From a virus (lineage: Duplodnaviria > Caudoviricetes), in IMG/VR virus record IMGVR_UViG_3300006149_000006, positions 1 to 64,000 of that record: DNA of 64,000 nt; one strand, given 5' to 3'. Positions 10,273 through 19,334 of this stretch are shown here, one piece after another. A program made the translations under genes and the position numbers. How positions within the stretch are numbered: the first letter of the stretch is position 1; each line of letters starts with the position of its first letter. The notes below the pieces were generated by a model that worked only from the letters and a program-made list of their open reading frames with translations, had not been told where the DNA came from and ran no database searches.

Positions 10273-13200
10273 GCGTGATGGTAGAGAGGTCGAGTTTGAT
10301 AAAAGAAAAATCAGCAATGCAATTTTGAAAGCAATTACTGAAGTTGACGGTAAAAGCACAGCTGATACCGATAGAATTGCATATGATATTGCTGATCAGA
10401 TTGAGGAAACTAACAAAGACACTACCTTGACCGTAGAGCAGATTCAGGATATGGTTGAATTCCAGCTTATGCTTAGTTATCGAAAGGATATCGCAAAGGC
10501 ATATATCCTGTACCGTAACGAACGAACTAAAATCAGAGATAGAAATAGTAATCTCATTCAGAAAGTAATATTACGCGCAAATTCTTCTGTCGATATTCGA
10601 TCCAATGCAAATGTCGATGAAATGTCATTTTCAGGAAGAGAAAAGGAAGCGTCTTCTGAAATTGGTAAATCAATCGCTTTGGATTTTGGTGGATTATCTC
10701 ATGACGTTGCCAATGCGCATAAACAAATGTTGGTATATCAACATGATCTCGAAAAGGCAATCTACGGTATTCATAACTGTCTTAATTTGAATTTTCAGGA
10801 GATTTTTAATTATGGATTTCGTACAAGAAATGGCGACGTAAGGCCTCCAACAAGTTTTAGTACAGCTTGCCAACTCGTTGCAGTAGCTTTCCAGTGTCAG
10901 AGTCAAGTTCAGTTTGGGGGTGTGGGCAGTATTCATCTTGACTTTGATCTTGCACCATTCGTAAAAAAGAGTTTCTATAAGCATTTTATGGATGGTATAA
11001 AATATTTGACCGATCTTGAGGTTGATGGAATTTCAAGCGATACATCTATTGATGCAGAAATTTATAAAACATTTCCGCAAGTATATCAATATGCGATAGA
11101 TATGATGGAGCGTGAGGGCAAGCAAGCAGCACAGGGACTCTATCATAATTTGAACACACTTGAATCAAGACAAGGTTCGCAGGTTCCTTTCACCAGTATT
11201 AACCTCGGACGCGATACTAGTACAGAAGGTAGACTTGTAACAAAGTGGATTATGGAGGCCAGCATTGATGGTATTGGACAACATCACCTTACAAGCATTT
11301 TCCCCATTAGTATTTTTCAGTACAAGGAGGGTATCAATGCGAGCGCTGGCGATCCCAATTACGACATGAAACAGCTCGCTCTTGAATCTATGAGCAAGCG
11401 CATTTATCCAAACTGGTGTAACTGCGGTTGGTCGCAGGCGCATGAAGATGAAAATGATCCCGATACATATTTTGCTACGATGGGTAAGTGTAATATGCAG
11501 CTCATCTAAAACCTTTTGAACCTCGCCAGAGGGTGTGGGAATAATCCTGCTAACGGATAGGACTTTAAACAGAAAGTTGAGTCCGTGCTAAGTAATCAAG
11601 AATAGTAATAACATAACAAGGAGGTGATATTGTGTTTATTTATAAAATAACAAATAAATCAGATGGCAAAATCTATATAGATAATAGCATACACAAATGA
11701 ATGTTATGGTGATTATCTAAAAGAAAGGCATAAAAGTGGGACTACTATTCAAGTAATTGATAAAACTACGTGTAATATGCGGATTTTTGATTCTATAAGA
11801 CTTGCTGCAAGAGAATTAGAAATTTCAAGAAGCAATATAATGGCACAAATACGAAAAGGAAAGACGCAATTCAATTTAAACAACTATGAGTTCACTATTC
11901 TTGATTAAAAGTGTATCGACTATCCCTGATGAATGTATGGGAGTAGGGCTGGAGATTGGTACCAGCGATGTTATAGGAAACGAAGCATCTGTAAACCGAA
12001 GCGGAAGGCTATCGAAAGATAGAAGATATAGTCAGTTCCATTGGTGACAATGGATTAGAATGTGCAGAACTTTAATTGGATATGACCGCCATGGTCTTGG
12101 ATATATCCGACAAGGAAGAGGTAATAATGTGCCGAATACAATTATCCTTCCAAAACTTGGTATTGAGTTTGGTATCTGTCTAGGTATGCGTGACAAGCCT
12201 GATCTGGATGGATTCTGGAAAGCTTTCGAAGAAACTTTGCAGTTGACTGAACGTGGACTTTTGGAACGATTTGAAATCATGGTACGGCAATCTCCTAAAT
12301 CAGCACCATTTATGTACCAGAATAATACGATTCAAGATGGAAGAAATTGCGAAAAGGACGTGTTTAACGCGTTGAAACATAACACACTGGCGATTGGCTA
12401 TCTTGGTGTCGCTGAAATGTGCCAAGCACTTTTCGGCAGGAATCATATTCGTGATTCGGATGTTCATGCTTTTGCTCTGTCTGTTGTTAAACGAATTAAT
12501 GAATTCGCTGCTGAAGCATCTGAGCGTAACAATCTGAATTTTTCGTGCTATGCAACCCCTGAAACAAAGATGTTCTGTGGGGGCTTCTACAGTAATGTGG
12601 AATGAAAAAATGGCTTAACGTATTTATTACGGTGTACGACTTACGATTAGGATTTGCAGGAAATGGCAAATAGAAGTCGTGCTAACAGGGAAAGCAGAAA
12701 TGTAATCCTGTGCTAAATTACAATTATAATCTATTCACTGATATTTATTATTATTTGAAAGAAGGTGAAATATGGGAACAAGATTTTTACCAGATACAGC
12801 CGCTCCAATTAAAGATGCTCCTGAACACTGGATAGATATAGATGGTTCTGTATATGCTATCGAACATAGGAATAATCATCCTCATATCTTATACAAAAAA
12901 GCACTTGATGAGGTTTATGGATATAAATACTGCTCTATTGATTATATTCTTAATGGTAAAAAGGTTAGGAAAAGAAAAAGAGTCCATAGGCTAGTCGCGG
13001 AAGCATTTATTCCAAACCCAGAAAACAAACCTGTTGTATGTCATAGAAATAATATAAAATCCGACAATCGAAAAGAGAACTTGTATTGGGGAACTGTTTC
13101 CGAAAATACACAACAAGCATTTGATGATTTGCTTATTGTAAATGCAAAAGGAAAAGATGGTTCTCAAAGCATTTCTGTAAAAATGTATGACACAAATACA

Positions 13201-13955
13201 AACGAGTTTCTAAATGAATTTGGAAGTATAAGAGAGGCATCTAGGATAACAGGCATAGACGCGACCACAATTTCAAGGCAGTGCAAATATCATCGTCCAG
13301 TTAGAAAAAAGGTTTATTTTAGATTCAGTGATGACAAAGATTGTAATTGATATAAATGTGAACAGACTATCGAAATCTCAAAAAGAAAGTAGAGTAGCGA
13401 AAGCGAAAGAGCCATATCCGTTGTGAAAACGGAATAAAATATAGTCGAACGATGGCAGAAGGTCTTTGCCGGACTGCATTAATGGGGCTACGCGAGCAAT
13501 ATGGAATCATTGAAAACGTTACTTCTCATGATTATTTGACGAATTCACATCATGTGCCTGTATGGGAAGAAGTTTCAATCCAACAGAAATTGCAATGTGA
13601 AGCACCATTCTGCAAGTATCCGACCGGTGGCTGCATTACATATATCGAACTTGATAGTTCGTTTGTGAAGAACACAAAGGCAGTTGAAGATATCATTGAT
13701 TATGCGTTTAAGGAACTTGATATTCCGTACCTTGCATTCAACTTCCCTATCGACAGTTGTTTGGATTGTGGTTATCAAGGCGAGTTTAATAATAGATGTC
13801 CTCAGTGTGGTAGTGAGAATATCCAGCAACTTCGTCGCGTGACCGGATATCTAACCGCTGATTATCATAACTTCAATGATGGTAAACAGGCAGAAGTACA
13901 TGAACGTGTAAAACACAGCAATTATACTCCACAAATTGCGAATGATTCAATTTAA
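10259..13955 (+). CDS. nrdD: Anaerobic ribonucleoside-triphosphate reductase, spliced: exons 10259-11485, 12063-12560, 13455-13955 (741 aa)
   Basis: ATP cone (VIKRDG); splicing restores ATMG|CRT and YATP|AEGL in frame; C-terminal CxxC..CxxC and RRVTGY glycyl-radical motif. Confidence 0.93.
11486..12062 (+). ncRNA. Group I intron 1 in nrdD
   Basis: Exon ends in U and intron ends in G; IGS gctcat pairs with atgggt; P7 gactat (11918) / aagatatagtc (12023-12033). Confidence 0.92.
11632..11908 (+). pseudogene. Internally deleted GIY-YIG/NUMOD1 homing endonuclease relic
   Basis: RBS ggagg + GTG FIYKITNKSDGKIYID then stop; out-of-frame tail FDSIRLAARELEISRSNI (NUMOD1-like). Confidence 0.75.
12561..13454 (+). 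ncRNA. Group I intron 2 in nrdD
   Basis: Exon ends cct, intron ends G; IGS ttctgtggggg pairs with both exons; P3 atggct/agccat; P7 gactat (13365) / atagtc (13441). Confidence 0.92.
12772..13350 (+). CDS. Intron-encoded HNH homing endonuclease with NUMOD1 tail
   Basis: VHRLVAEAFIPNP...V.H.N....DN...NL.W.T..EN and F.SI.EASR.TGI motifs. Confidence 0.92.
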   Translation: MGTRFLPDTAAPIKDAPEHWIDIDGSVYAIEHRNNHPHILYKKALDEVYGYKYCSIDYILNGKKVRKRKRVHRLVAEAFIPNPENKPVVCHRNNIKSDNRKENLYWGTVSENTQQAFDDLLIVNAKGKDGSQSISVKMYDTNTNEFLNEFGSIREASRITGIDATTISRQCKYHRPVRKKVYFRFSDDKDCN

Positions 13956-14487
13956 TCATTCATGGAGATATGCTGGTATTGAATTTGACGATATAGCAAA
14001 CGGCTCTGGGCTTGGGGCGGTGTTTTTTACACAATACTGCCCCCATCATTGCCATAAATGCCATAACCCTCAAACGTGGAGTATGGAGGGTGGCAAGCAG
14101 TTTACGGAAGCTGTATTATCGCAGCTGCTTCAATACTATCGTGATATCCCATATGCCAGTAGACTTACGCTATCTGGTGGTGATCCGCTGGCAAGTCCAA
14201 ATCTTACGTACTACGTAATTTCAAAATTCAAGGAATGCTATCCAGATAAAAAAATTTGGCTTTACACTGGATATTGTTTTGAAGAGATTGCTTTCAATTC
14301 TCCTATATTTCAAAGTGAAAAAACAATTCAAAACATTGTACATTTATGTGATGTAATTGTTGATGGTAAATTTCTAACTGAGCAGCGTGATATAACGTTG
14401 CAGTTTAAGGGATCGAGTAATCAACGAATAATTAACGTAAAAGAGACAATGATTCATCGTCAGATTATTTTATGGAAGGAGAAATAA
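13936..14487 (+). CDS. nrdG: Anaerobic RNR activating enzyme (radical SAM)
   Basis: CPHHCHKC, SGGDP, WLYTGY, VDG.F and GSSNQR motifs; follows nrdD. Confidence 0.93.
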   Translation: MRMIQFNHSWRYAGIEFDDIANGSGLGAVFFTQYCPHHCHKCHNPQTWSMEGGKQFTEAVLSQLLQYYRDIPYASRLTLSGGDPLASPNLTYYVISKFKECYPDKKIWLYTGYCFEEIAFNSPIFQSEKTIQNIVHLCDVIVDGKFLTEQRDITLQFKGSSNQRIINVKETMIHRQIILWKEK

Positions 14488-14488
14488 C

Positions 14489-14653
14489 ATGACACTTAAA
14501 GATTTAAATTCAAAGTCCTTATCTCAGATCATCGAACAACTGGACATGGTTGATTTAAAAATTCATTCTGATACGAATGGCAATATTAACGCAATCGAAA
14601 TCAAGTATGCAGCCCATACTGATTTTGAAAAAGATAAATCAAAGTGGAGGTGA
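14489..14653 (+). CDS. Small hypothetical protein (54 aa)
   Basis: RBS aaggag, ATG..TGA; below the ORF track cut-off. Confidence 0.55.
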   Translation: MTLKDLNSKSLSQIIEQLDMVDLKIHSDTNGNINAIEIKYAAHTDFEKDKSKWR

Positions 14654-14657
14654 TACA

Positions 14658-14770
14658 TTGAACATCATTTTCTGGATACTGGTTCTCGTGGCACTCGTAT
14701 GCGTCTGGTTTTGCCTGAGTGGCATATTCAGAGCTGTTGGTCGGTTTATTTCGGCCATCATACGAGACAC
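14658..14770 (+). pseudogene. Small membrane protein gene, truncated by the island insertion
   Basis: ggagg + TTG, hydrophobic NIIFWILVLVALVCVWF, then runs into antisense HTH sequence. Confidence 0.5.
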
Positions 14771-14927
14771 GACAGACCGCTTCAAAATGTCTGAGGTTGA
14801 TGCGGTCTACCATCTCGTTGTAATAGTTGCTGATGGTCGATGGGCGGATTCCTGCTTCCTGCGCAGGCCTCGCTTGCGACCACCGCCGCCTGTCAAACTC
14901 GGTGGAATGCAAAATCCTGATCTTATC
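14771..14927 (-). pseudogene. Truncated XRE/Cro-C1 HTH regulator
   Basis: IRIL.S....RRWSQA..A..AGIRPSTIS.YY.E...RINL..F..VC, cut off at about 14771. Confidence 0.65.
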
Positions 14928-15138
14928 TTAGCTGTTGTCCTTTGAGTTAGAGTATAGCAGATACAAATATACAATTCATGAAAATGTTATTTTATATCAC
15001 AAAAACACAAAAATATAATAATTGTTGTATTTGCTGAAATGTTGGTACAAAAAAGATGCGAAACGATTGCGAACCGTATAAAATAATAAACATATTACAA
15101 ATAGAATAAAAATTGTTTTTTTACGGCCATTTTCTTGC

Positions 15139-15167
15139 TTGATTCGGGATCAACTCCGTGTTATAAT
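15139..15167 (+). promoter_or_regulatory. SigA-type promoter of TAC operon 1
   Basis: TTGATT-17-TATAAT with extended TG. Confidence 0.7.
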
Positions 15168-15219
15168 GAGTTCGAAAAGGAAACTAGGTGCTAGAAAAGA
15201 TAGCGTCGGAATAGTAGGA

Positions 15220-15771
15220 ATGGTGTATAAAGTGAAGATGACGGGGTATCATGGTACTACATATGAAAATGCGGAAAAGATATTATCGGATCAACATTTC
15301 ATTGAAAGTCATAGGGACAATGAATGGCTAGGAAGCGGTGCGTACTTTTTTGCATACAAGGCGCATGCGGATTGGTGGAGAACACATAGTCGATACAAAG
15401 GAAGACGCACGGAAATTCTTTCTGCGGATCTTGAATATACGGAAATACAGCTTCTGGATCTTGATGATCCAGAGCAAATGCAGCAAATGGAGAGAATTGT
15501 AAAAGAATTTTCACAGTTGGATGGAGATACGCATGTTCGCGCGGCTAATTTGTCAATGGAAGAAAGATCTCATCAGCTATGCTGGGCTTGTAATCTGATG
15601 AAAGAGCTTGTTCCTGAGATTGGTATTGTGATTTATACGTTTTATCCTTTTCAAAGACGAAAGATATCTAAGTATACTTCACTTGAGGGCAATCAAAGGC
15701 AGATTTGTGTTTCAAATCAATCTATTATTAAATCAATAAAGAAGGTTGAAGGTGAGAACGATGCTGGATGA
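15220..15771 (+). CDS. ADP-ribosyltransferase-like toxin (CmdT-like)
   Basis: GYHGT, WLG.GAYF and Q.QICV motifs; first gene of an operon ending in a SecB-like gene. Confidence 0.7.
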   Translation: MVYKVKMTGYHGTTYENAEKILSDQHFIESHRDNEWLGSGAYFFAYKAHADWWRTHSRYKGRRTEILSADLEYTEIQLLDLDDPEQMQQMERIVKEFSQLDGDTHVRAANLSMEERSHQLCWACNLMKELVPEIGIVIYTFYPFQRRKISKYTSLEGNQRQICVSNQSIIKSIKKVEGENDAG

Positions 15772-16081
15772 GAACTTGATTATGGAGCGTATTCGGAAGA
15801 TGACACCTGAAGAACGTAGGAGGATTATGCAAAAAGCATTGGAAGATTCTCATATCAAGTGTATGGATGGTCCTGGTGCGGTTATTTTTGAGGGTTTTTC
15901 GGCAGAGAAGGAGACGATTTTATGGGAATCAAGCGTGGAGATATGCCTATCAAATGTTTGTCGAATAACTGAGCAATATGATTCAACGATTGTTAAGCAG
16001 AAGGCTTCGTTTGCGTTTTCTAGTACACCCAGGTCAGAATTTGTATTTGAGTTATATACGCCGGGTACGTCGGCAGCATAG
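15761..16081 (+). CDS. Putative antitoxin with chaperone-addiction tail ending in -AA
   Basis: Middle gene; aromatic-dotted low-structure C-terminus ending PGTSAA. Confidence 0.6.
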   Translation: MLDENLIMERIRKMTPEERRRIMQKALEDSHIKCMDGPGAVIFEGFSAEKETILWESSVEICLSNVCRITEQYDSTIVKQKASFAFSSTPRSEFVFELYTPGTSAA

Positions 16082-16090
16082 GAGGGCAGG

Positions 16091-16507
16091 ATGGAACAGG
16101 TACAAGATAATTCGATGCAGAGTATATTGAAAATGCATCATATTGTTTGCGATGAAATATCGTTCAAAAGAATTGGTTTTCGTCAGGATGACCAATCCGT
16201 AGAGAATGAGATTGGAATTTCCATTAGTACAAAGGAAGATACTAGGGGATATCGAGTATCTTTGCGATATACAGGCGAAAAAAAGGACGAATACAATGTT
16301 TGCGTCCAAGTTACTGGTTATTTTGAAGTGTGTGGTGATTGTGAGACAAATATGGAAGAGCAATTGGTGGAAAAGAATGCGGTGGCAATTCTCTTTCCAT
16401 TTCTCCGATCTGAAATTTCGCTGATTACGACGCAGCCGGAGACGGATCCTATTGTTTTACCGATAATGAATATCAATGCGATGATGGACGGAACGAACAA
16501 GGAATAG
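16091..16507 (+). CDS. SecB-like chaperone
   Basis: NAVAILFPFLRSEISLIT...PIVLPIMN motif. Confidence 0.88.
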   Translation: MEQVQDNSMQSILKMHHIVCDEISFKRIGFRQDDQSVENEIGISISTKEDTRGYRVSLRYTGEKKDEYNVCVQVTGYFEVCGDCETNMEEQLVEKNAVAILFPFLRSEISLITTQPETDPIVLPIMNINAMMDGTNKE

Positions 16508-16648
16508 ACTGATACATAGATACAGTTGTTATTTCCTGAGGAACAATAGCAGCGCTATATAGCTATTGCGTTTTTGTGTCGTCAGTAAGTACGTCACCAA
16601 ATAAAAAAAAGCCCCGTGGTTCTTGGGAAAAATCAATAAACAGTCCGG

Positions 16649-16695
16649 CCTTGATAAGGAAGAGGTCGACAGTTCGAACCTGTTCAACAGCTCCA
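16649..16695 (+). other. tRNA 3'-half (Thr-like) att core of the captured element
   Basis: cc-ttgataa-gg anticodon arm, gacag-ttcgaac-ctgtt T arm, ends ctcca; no 5' half. Confidence 0.7.
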
Positions 16696-16697
16696 AG

Positions 16698-16740
16698 AAA
16701 TCCCTTAAAATCGTTAAAAATGACGGTTTTGAGGGATTTT
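16698..16740. terminator. Hairpin terminator after the att core
   Basis: aaatcccttaaaatcgtt / gacggttttgagggattt stem followed by a T run. Confidence 0.65.
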
Positions 16741-16745
16741 TTGTT

Positions 16746-17015
16746 TTACAAATTTTCCACCTTCTTTTGGGGTGGGGTGAATTTGGGATGAAGCTCTTCC
16801 GCAAATTTATCAAGGACTTCGACGGCCTTTGCTTCAGCAAAGCAAATGACGTGGCTGTAAATATCATTTGTGGTGCTGACTTGTGCGTGTCCGAGATTCC
16901 CGGAAACGACTACCAGCGGGGTACCGTCAGCAATCAAAAGGCTGGCATATGTGTGTCTCAGCGAATGGACGCTGCTGGAGGTGAGACCAGAACGTTTAAT
17001 AAATTTGTTCATCCA
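16746..17015 (-). pseudogene. C-terminal fragment of a tyrosine integrase
   Basis: HSLRHT.AS...LGH....T..IY catalytic motifs; N-terminal and first Arg regions absent. Confidence 0.85.
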
Positions 17016-17068
17016 TTAAAGCATTCAAAGTAATTAAACCATCAAAAATATGATATGGGAGCATTAAT

Positions 17069-17596
17069 ATGAATAGATTTGAGATAATTTCAAAAAAAGA
17101 GTATGATAAAGTGGTTGTAGAAAGACTTAAACCTGAAAACGAGATTATAGAATATCAGAAATACGAAAACATTAAAAGGCCTCAACGCGCAACTATTGGA
17201 AGTGCCGGATATGACTTCTTTTCTCCTATTTCATTCAAGCTTAATCCTAGAGAGTCAATCAAGGTTCCAACTTGTATTAAATGCAGCCTAAATCGTGGCT
17301 GCGTACTTATGATTTTTCCAAGAAGCAGTCTGGGATTCAAGTATCGTTTGCAGCTTGATAATACAGTTGGAGTTGTGGACGAAGATTATTACAATAACGA
17401 ATCGAATGAGGGACACATCTTCATCAAAATTACAAACGACAGCAAACCTGGCAAGACACTCCAAATTAATTGTGGAGATGCTATTGCACAAGGAATTATC
17501 ATGAGTTATGGTGTCACAGAAGACGATAATGTAAGTACATTCAGAACTGGTGGAATTGGAAGTACATCAAATAACTCTGCGCAAAAATCTAAATAA
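17069..17596 (+). CDS. dut: dUTPase (trimeric type)
   Basis: SAGYD, PRSSLG, GVVDEDY, IAQG and RTGGIGST motifs. Confidence 0.93.
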   Translation: MNRFEIISKKEYDKVVVERLKPENEIIEYQKYENIKRPQRATIGSAGYDFFSPISFKLNPRESIKVPTCIKCSLNRGCVLMIFPRSSLGFKYRLQLDNTVGVVDEDYYNNESNEGHIFIKITNDSKPGKTLQINCGDAIAQGIIMSYGVTEDDNVSTFRTGGIGSTSNNSAQKSK

Positions 17597-17637
17597 GAAA
17601 TAGTAAAATAAGCATTATCAACAGAAAGGAACCTGGT

Positions 17638-17877
17638 ATGGATATTAATGCAAAATGGATTCCTGTTGAAAAAGCACTTCCTTCAGACAAGAAAGAAGAT
17701 GTATTGATTACAGTCAAAGGAACGACATTTCCTGGTCTTACTGTTAAAACCGGCATGTACTTTAATGATCAATGGCACTTCCCCAGCCTGTACGTTGGTT
17801 CCTTTAAAGTGATTGCCTGGATGGCAATTCCAAAACCATATAACCCGGAGAAAGGAAAATGTTATGAAATGGACTAA
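17638..17877 (+). CDS. DUF551-like protein
   Basis: WIPV...LP...VL...VIAWM..P.PY. Confidence 0.75.
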   Translation: MDINAKWIPVEKALPSDKKEDVLITVKGTTFPGLTVKTGMYFNDQWHFPSLYVGSFKVIAWMAIPKPYNPEKGKCYEMD

Positions 17878-18070
17878 CACATATGATAGTTTACCCCCTA
17901 TCGGTAAGAGAGTGCTCGCAACGGATGGACAAGTTGTAGGGGAGGCATATATCACAGCCGTCGGATCTACAATAGTATGGCATAGATCGTTTAATGTTAC
18001 ATGGGAAAGCTGGGCGAGAAATAAACCGGTAATTGCATGGGCTATGCTGCCTACATATGAGGAGGAATAA
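17864..18070 (+). CDS. DUF551-like protein (tandem paralogue)
   Basis: MKW.....LP.....VL...VIAW..LP.Y. Confidence 0.7.
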   Translation: MKWTNTYDSLPPIGKRVLATDGQVVGEAYITAVGSTIVWHRSFNVTWESWARNKPVIAWAMLPTYEEE

Positions 18071-18441
18071 ATGGATATAGATATTACTAACAAAATTGTT
18101 TTCTGGAACAAAAAATTTAAAAAGTTGCACAAAAAGCGAATGCATGAATGATGTATATAGTGCAGTAGACGGTTATCGAGCACAAGATGCAGCAACAATT
18201 TTGTGCAAAATGCCAGTTTTGCTTGTTCGTAGCTCTTTTATAATGGTCTTTTGTTGAAAAAACATTATCATTGTTTGCTGAAATGTGATATAATAATTCA
18301 AATAGCAGTTGTCAAAGCGCATAGAAAAAGATGGGGAGTCCATTGGAGGATTCTCACATCCCCTATATAGAAGGCAGCGGTAAAATTGTTTTAATGGGTT
18401 CTCTGAAGAATTCTATCACAAAAATATAAGGAGGTTTTTTA

Positions 18442-19002
18442 TTGACTAATAATATTTTTTCAAGAAGTATTTTAGGCGGAATATCAATTATGATTGCAAG
18501 TTATATACACCTAAATGTTGGCGGCATCTATGGAGCAATACTGTTTTCAATAGGATTATTAATTATTCTAAATATGAACTTAAAACTGTTTACCGGAACA
18601 GTCGGTTACATTGAAGCAAATAATTATCTCAGAACAAACGCACTTATTTTGACTGGCAATGTTATTGGATGTACAACAGCAATGTTGTTTCAGAATCAAA
18701 TTGCACAAGAGCTTATGGATCGTAAATTGTCCTTACCATTTGAAACAACGCTCACAAACAGTATTGTGTGTGGCATATTAATTTATGCAGCTGTAGATTG
18801 TTTTAGAATGAAAAAAGATTATATGGTTCCTCTGTGTGTTACAGGTTTCATTATGTTTGGAGCAGAACATTGTATTGCAGACCTTTGTTATGCCTTAATG
18901 TCATATGAAATGTCTGTTAAAATCATCTTATTCCTGATTGTTGTTGCCTTTGGTAACGGAATTGGAGCAATTATGATGCACTTAGGAACAAGGGGGGTAT
19001 AA
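18442..19002 (+). CDS. Short formate/nitrite transporter (FNT)-family membrane protein
   Basis: F..GL, LFTG, GN..G, F...G.EHCIAD and GN..GA motifs. Confidence 0.8.
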   Translation: MTNNIFSRSILGGISIMIASYIHLNVGGIYGAILFSIGLLIILNMNLKLFTGTVGYIEANNYLRTNALILTGNVIGCTTAMLFQNQIAQELMDRKLSLPFETTLTNSIVCGILIYAAVDCFRMKKDYMVPLCVTGFIMFGAEHCIADLCYALMSYEMSVKIILFLIVVAFGNGIGAIMMHLGTRGV

Positions 19003-19004
19003 AT

Positions 19005-19253
19005 ATGGAAACAAGCACACAAACTTACAACGCGATTCCATCAGACAATATGCAAATAAATAAAATCCCATTTTGGTTAAAATACACATTGTCTATAGAA
19101 GAAGCAGCGGCCTATTTCAGAATTGGAAGGGATAAGTTGAAAAAGTTAGTTAGCGAGAACCCTGATGCTGACTTCGTTCTTTGGAACGGAACAAGATTAC
19201 AAATCAAACGTAAGAAATTTGAAAACTATATTGATAAAATTAATGTCATTTAA
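19005..19253 (+). CDS. xis: Tn916-type excisionase
   Basis: IP.W.KY.L.IEEAAAYFRIG..KL...IKRK.FE. Confidence 0.88.
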   Translation: METSTQTYNAIPSDNMQINKIPFWLKYTLSIEEAAAYFRIGRDKLKKLVSENPDADFVLWNGTRLQIKRKKFENYIDKINVI

Positions 19254-19334
19254 CACTTGTTATAAGACTTTCGATATGTTACAATTAAATCATCGAGAGT
19301 CTTTTTGCTTTTAGACTTTGAAAGGAGAACGAGA

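Larger units (their letters stand above)
14771..17015. mobile_element. Captured fragment of another integrative element (HTH relic, TAC operon, tRNA-type att, integrase 3' end)
   Basis: Both ends are truncated genes; inserted between nrdG-linked genes and dut. Confidence 0.7.

Noticed and set aside
11486-13454. Frameshifted nrdD pseudogene or inteins
   Set aside because: Group I core elements and exact in-frame exon joins explain the breaks
16649-16695. Functional tRNA gene
   Set aside because: The acceptor 5' strand and D arm are missing; it is an att-type 3' fragment
16746-17012. Second active integrase
   Set aside because: Only the last ~90 codons remain, with a stop immediately upstream
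18300-18420. Riboswitch upstream of the FNT gene
   Set aside because: One hairpin only, with no aptamer consensus I can recognise
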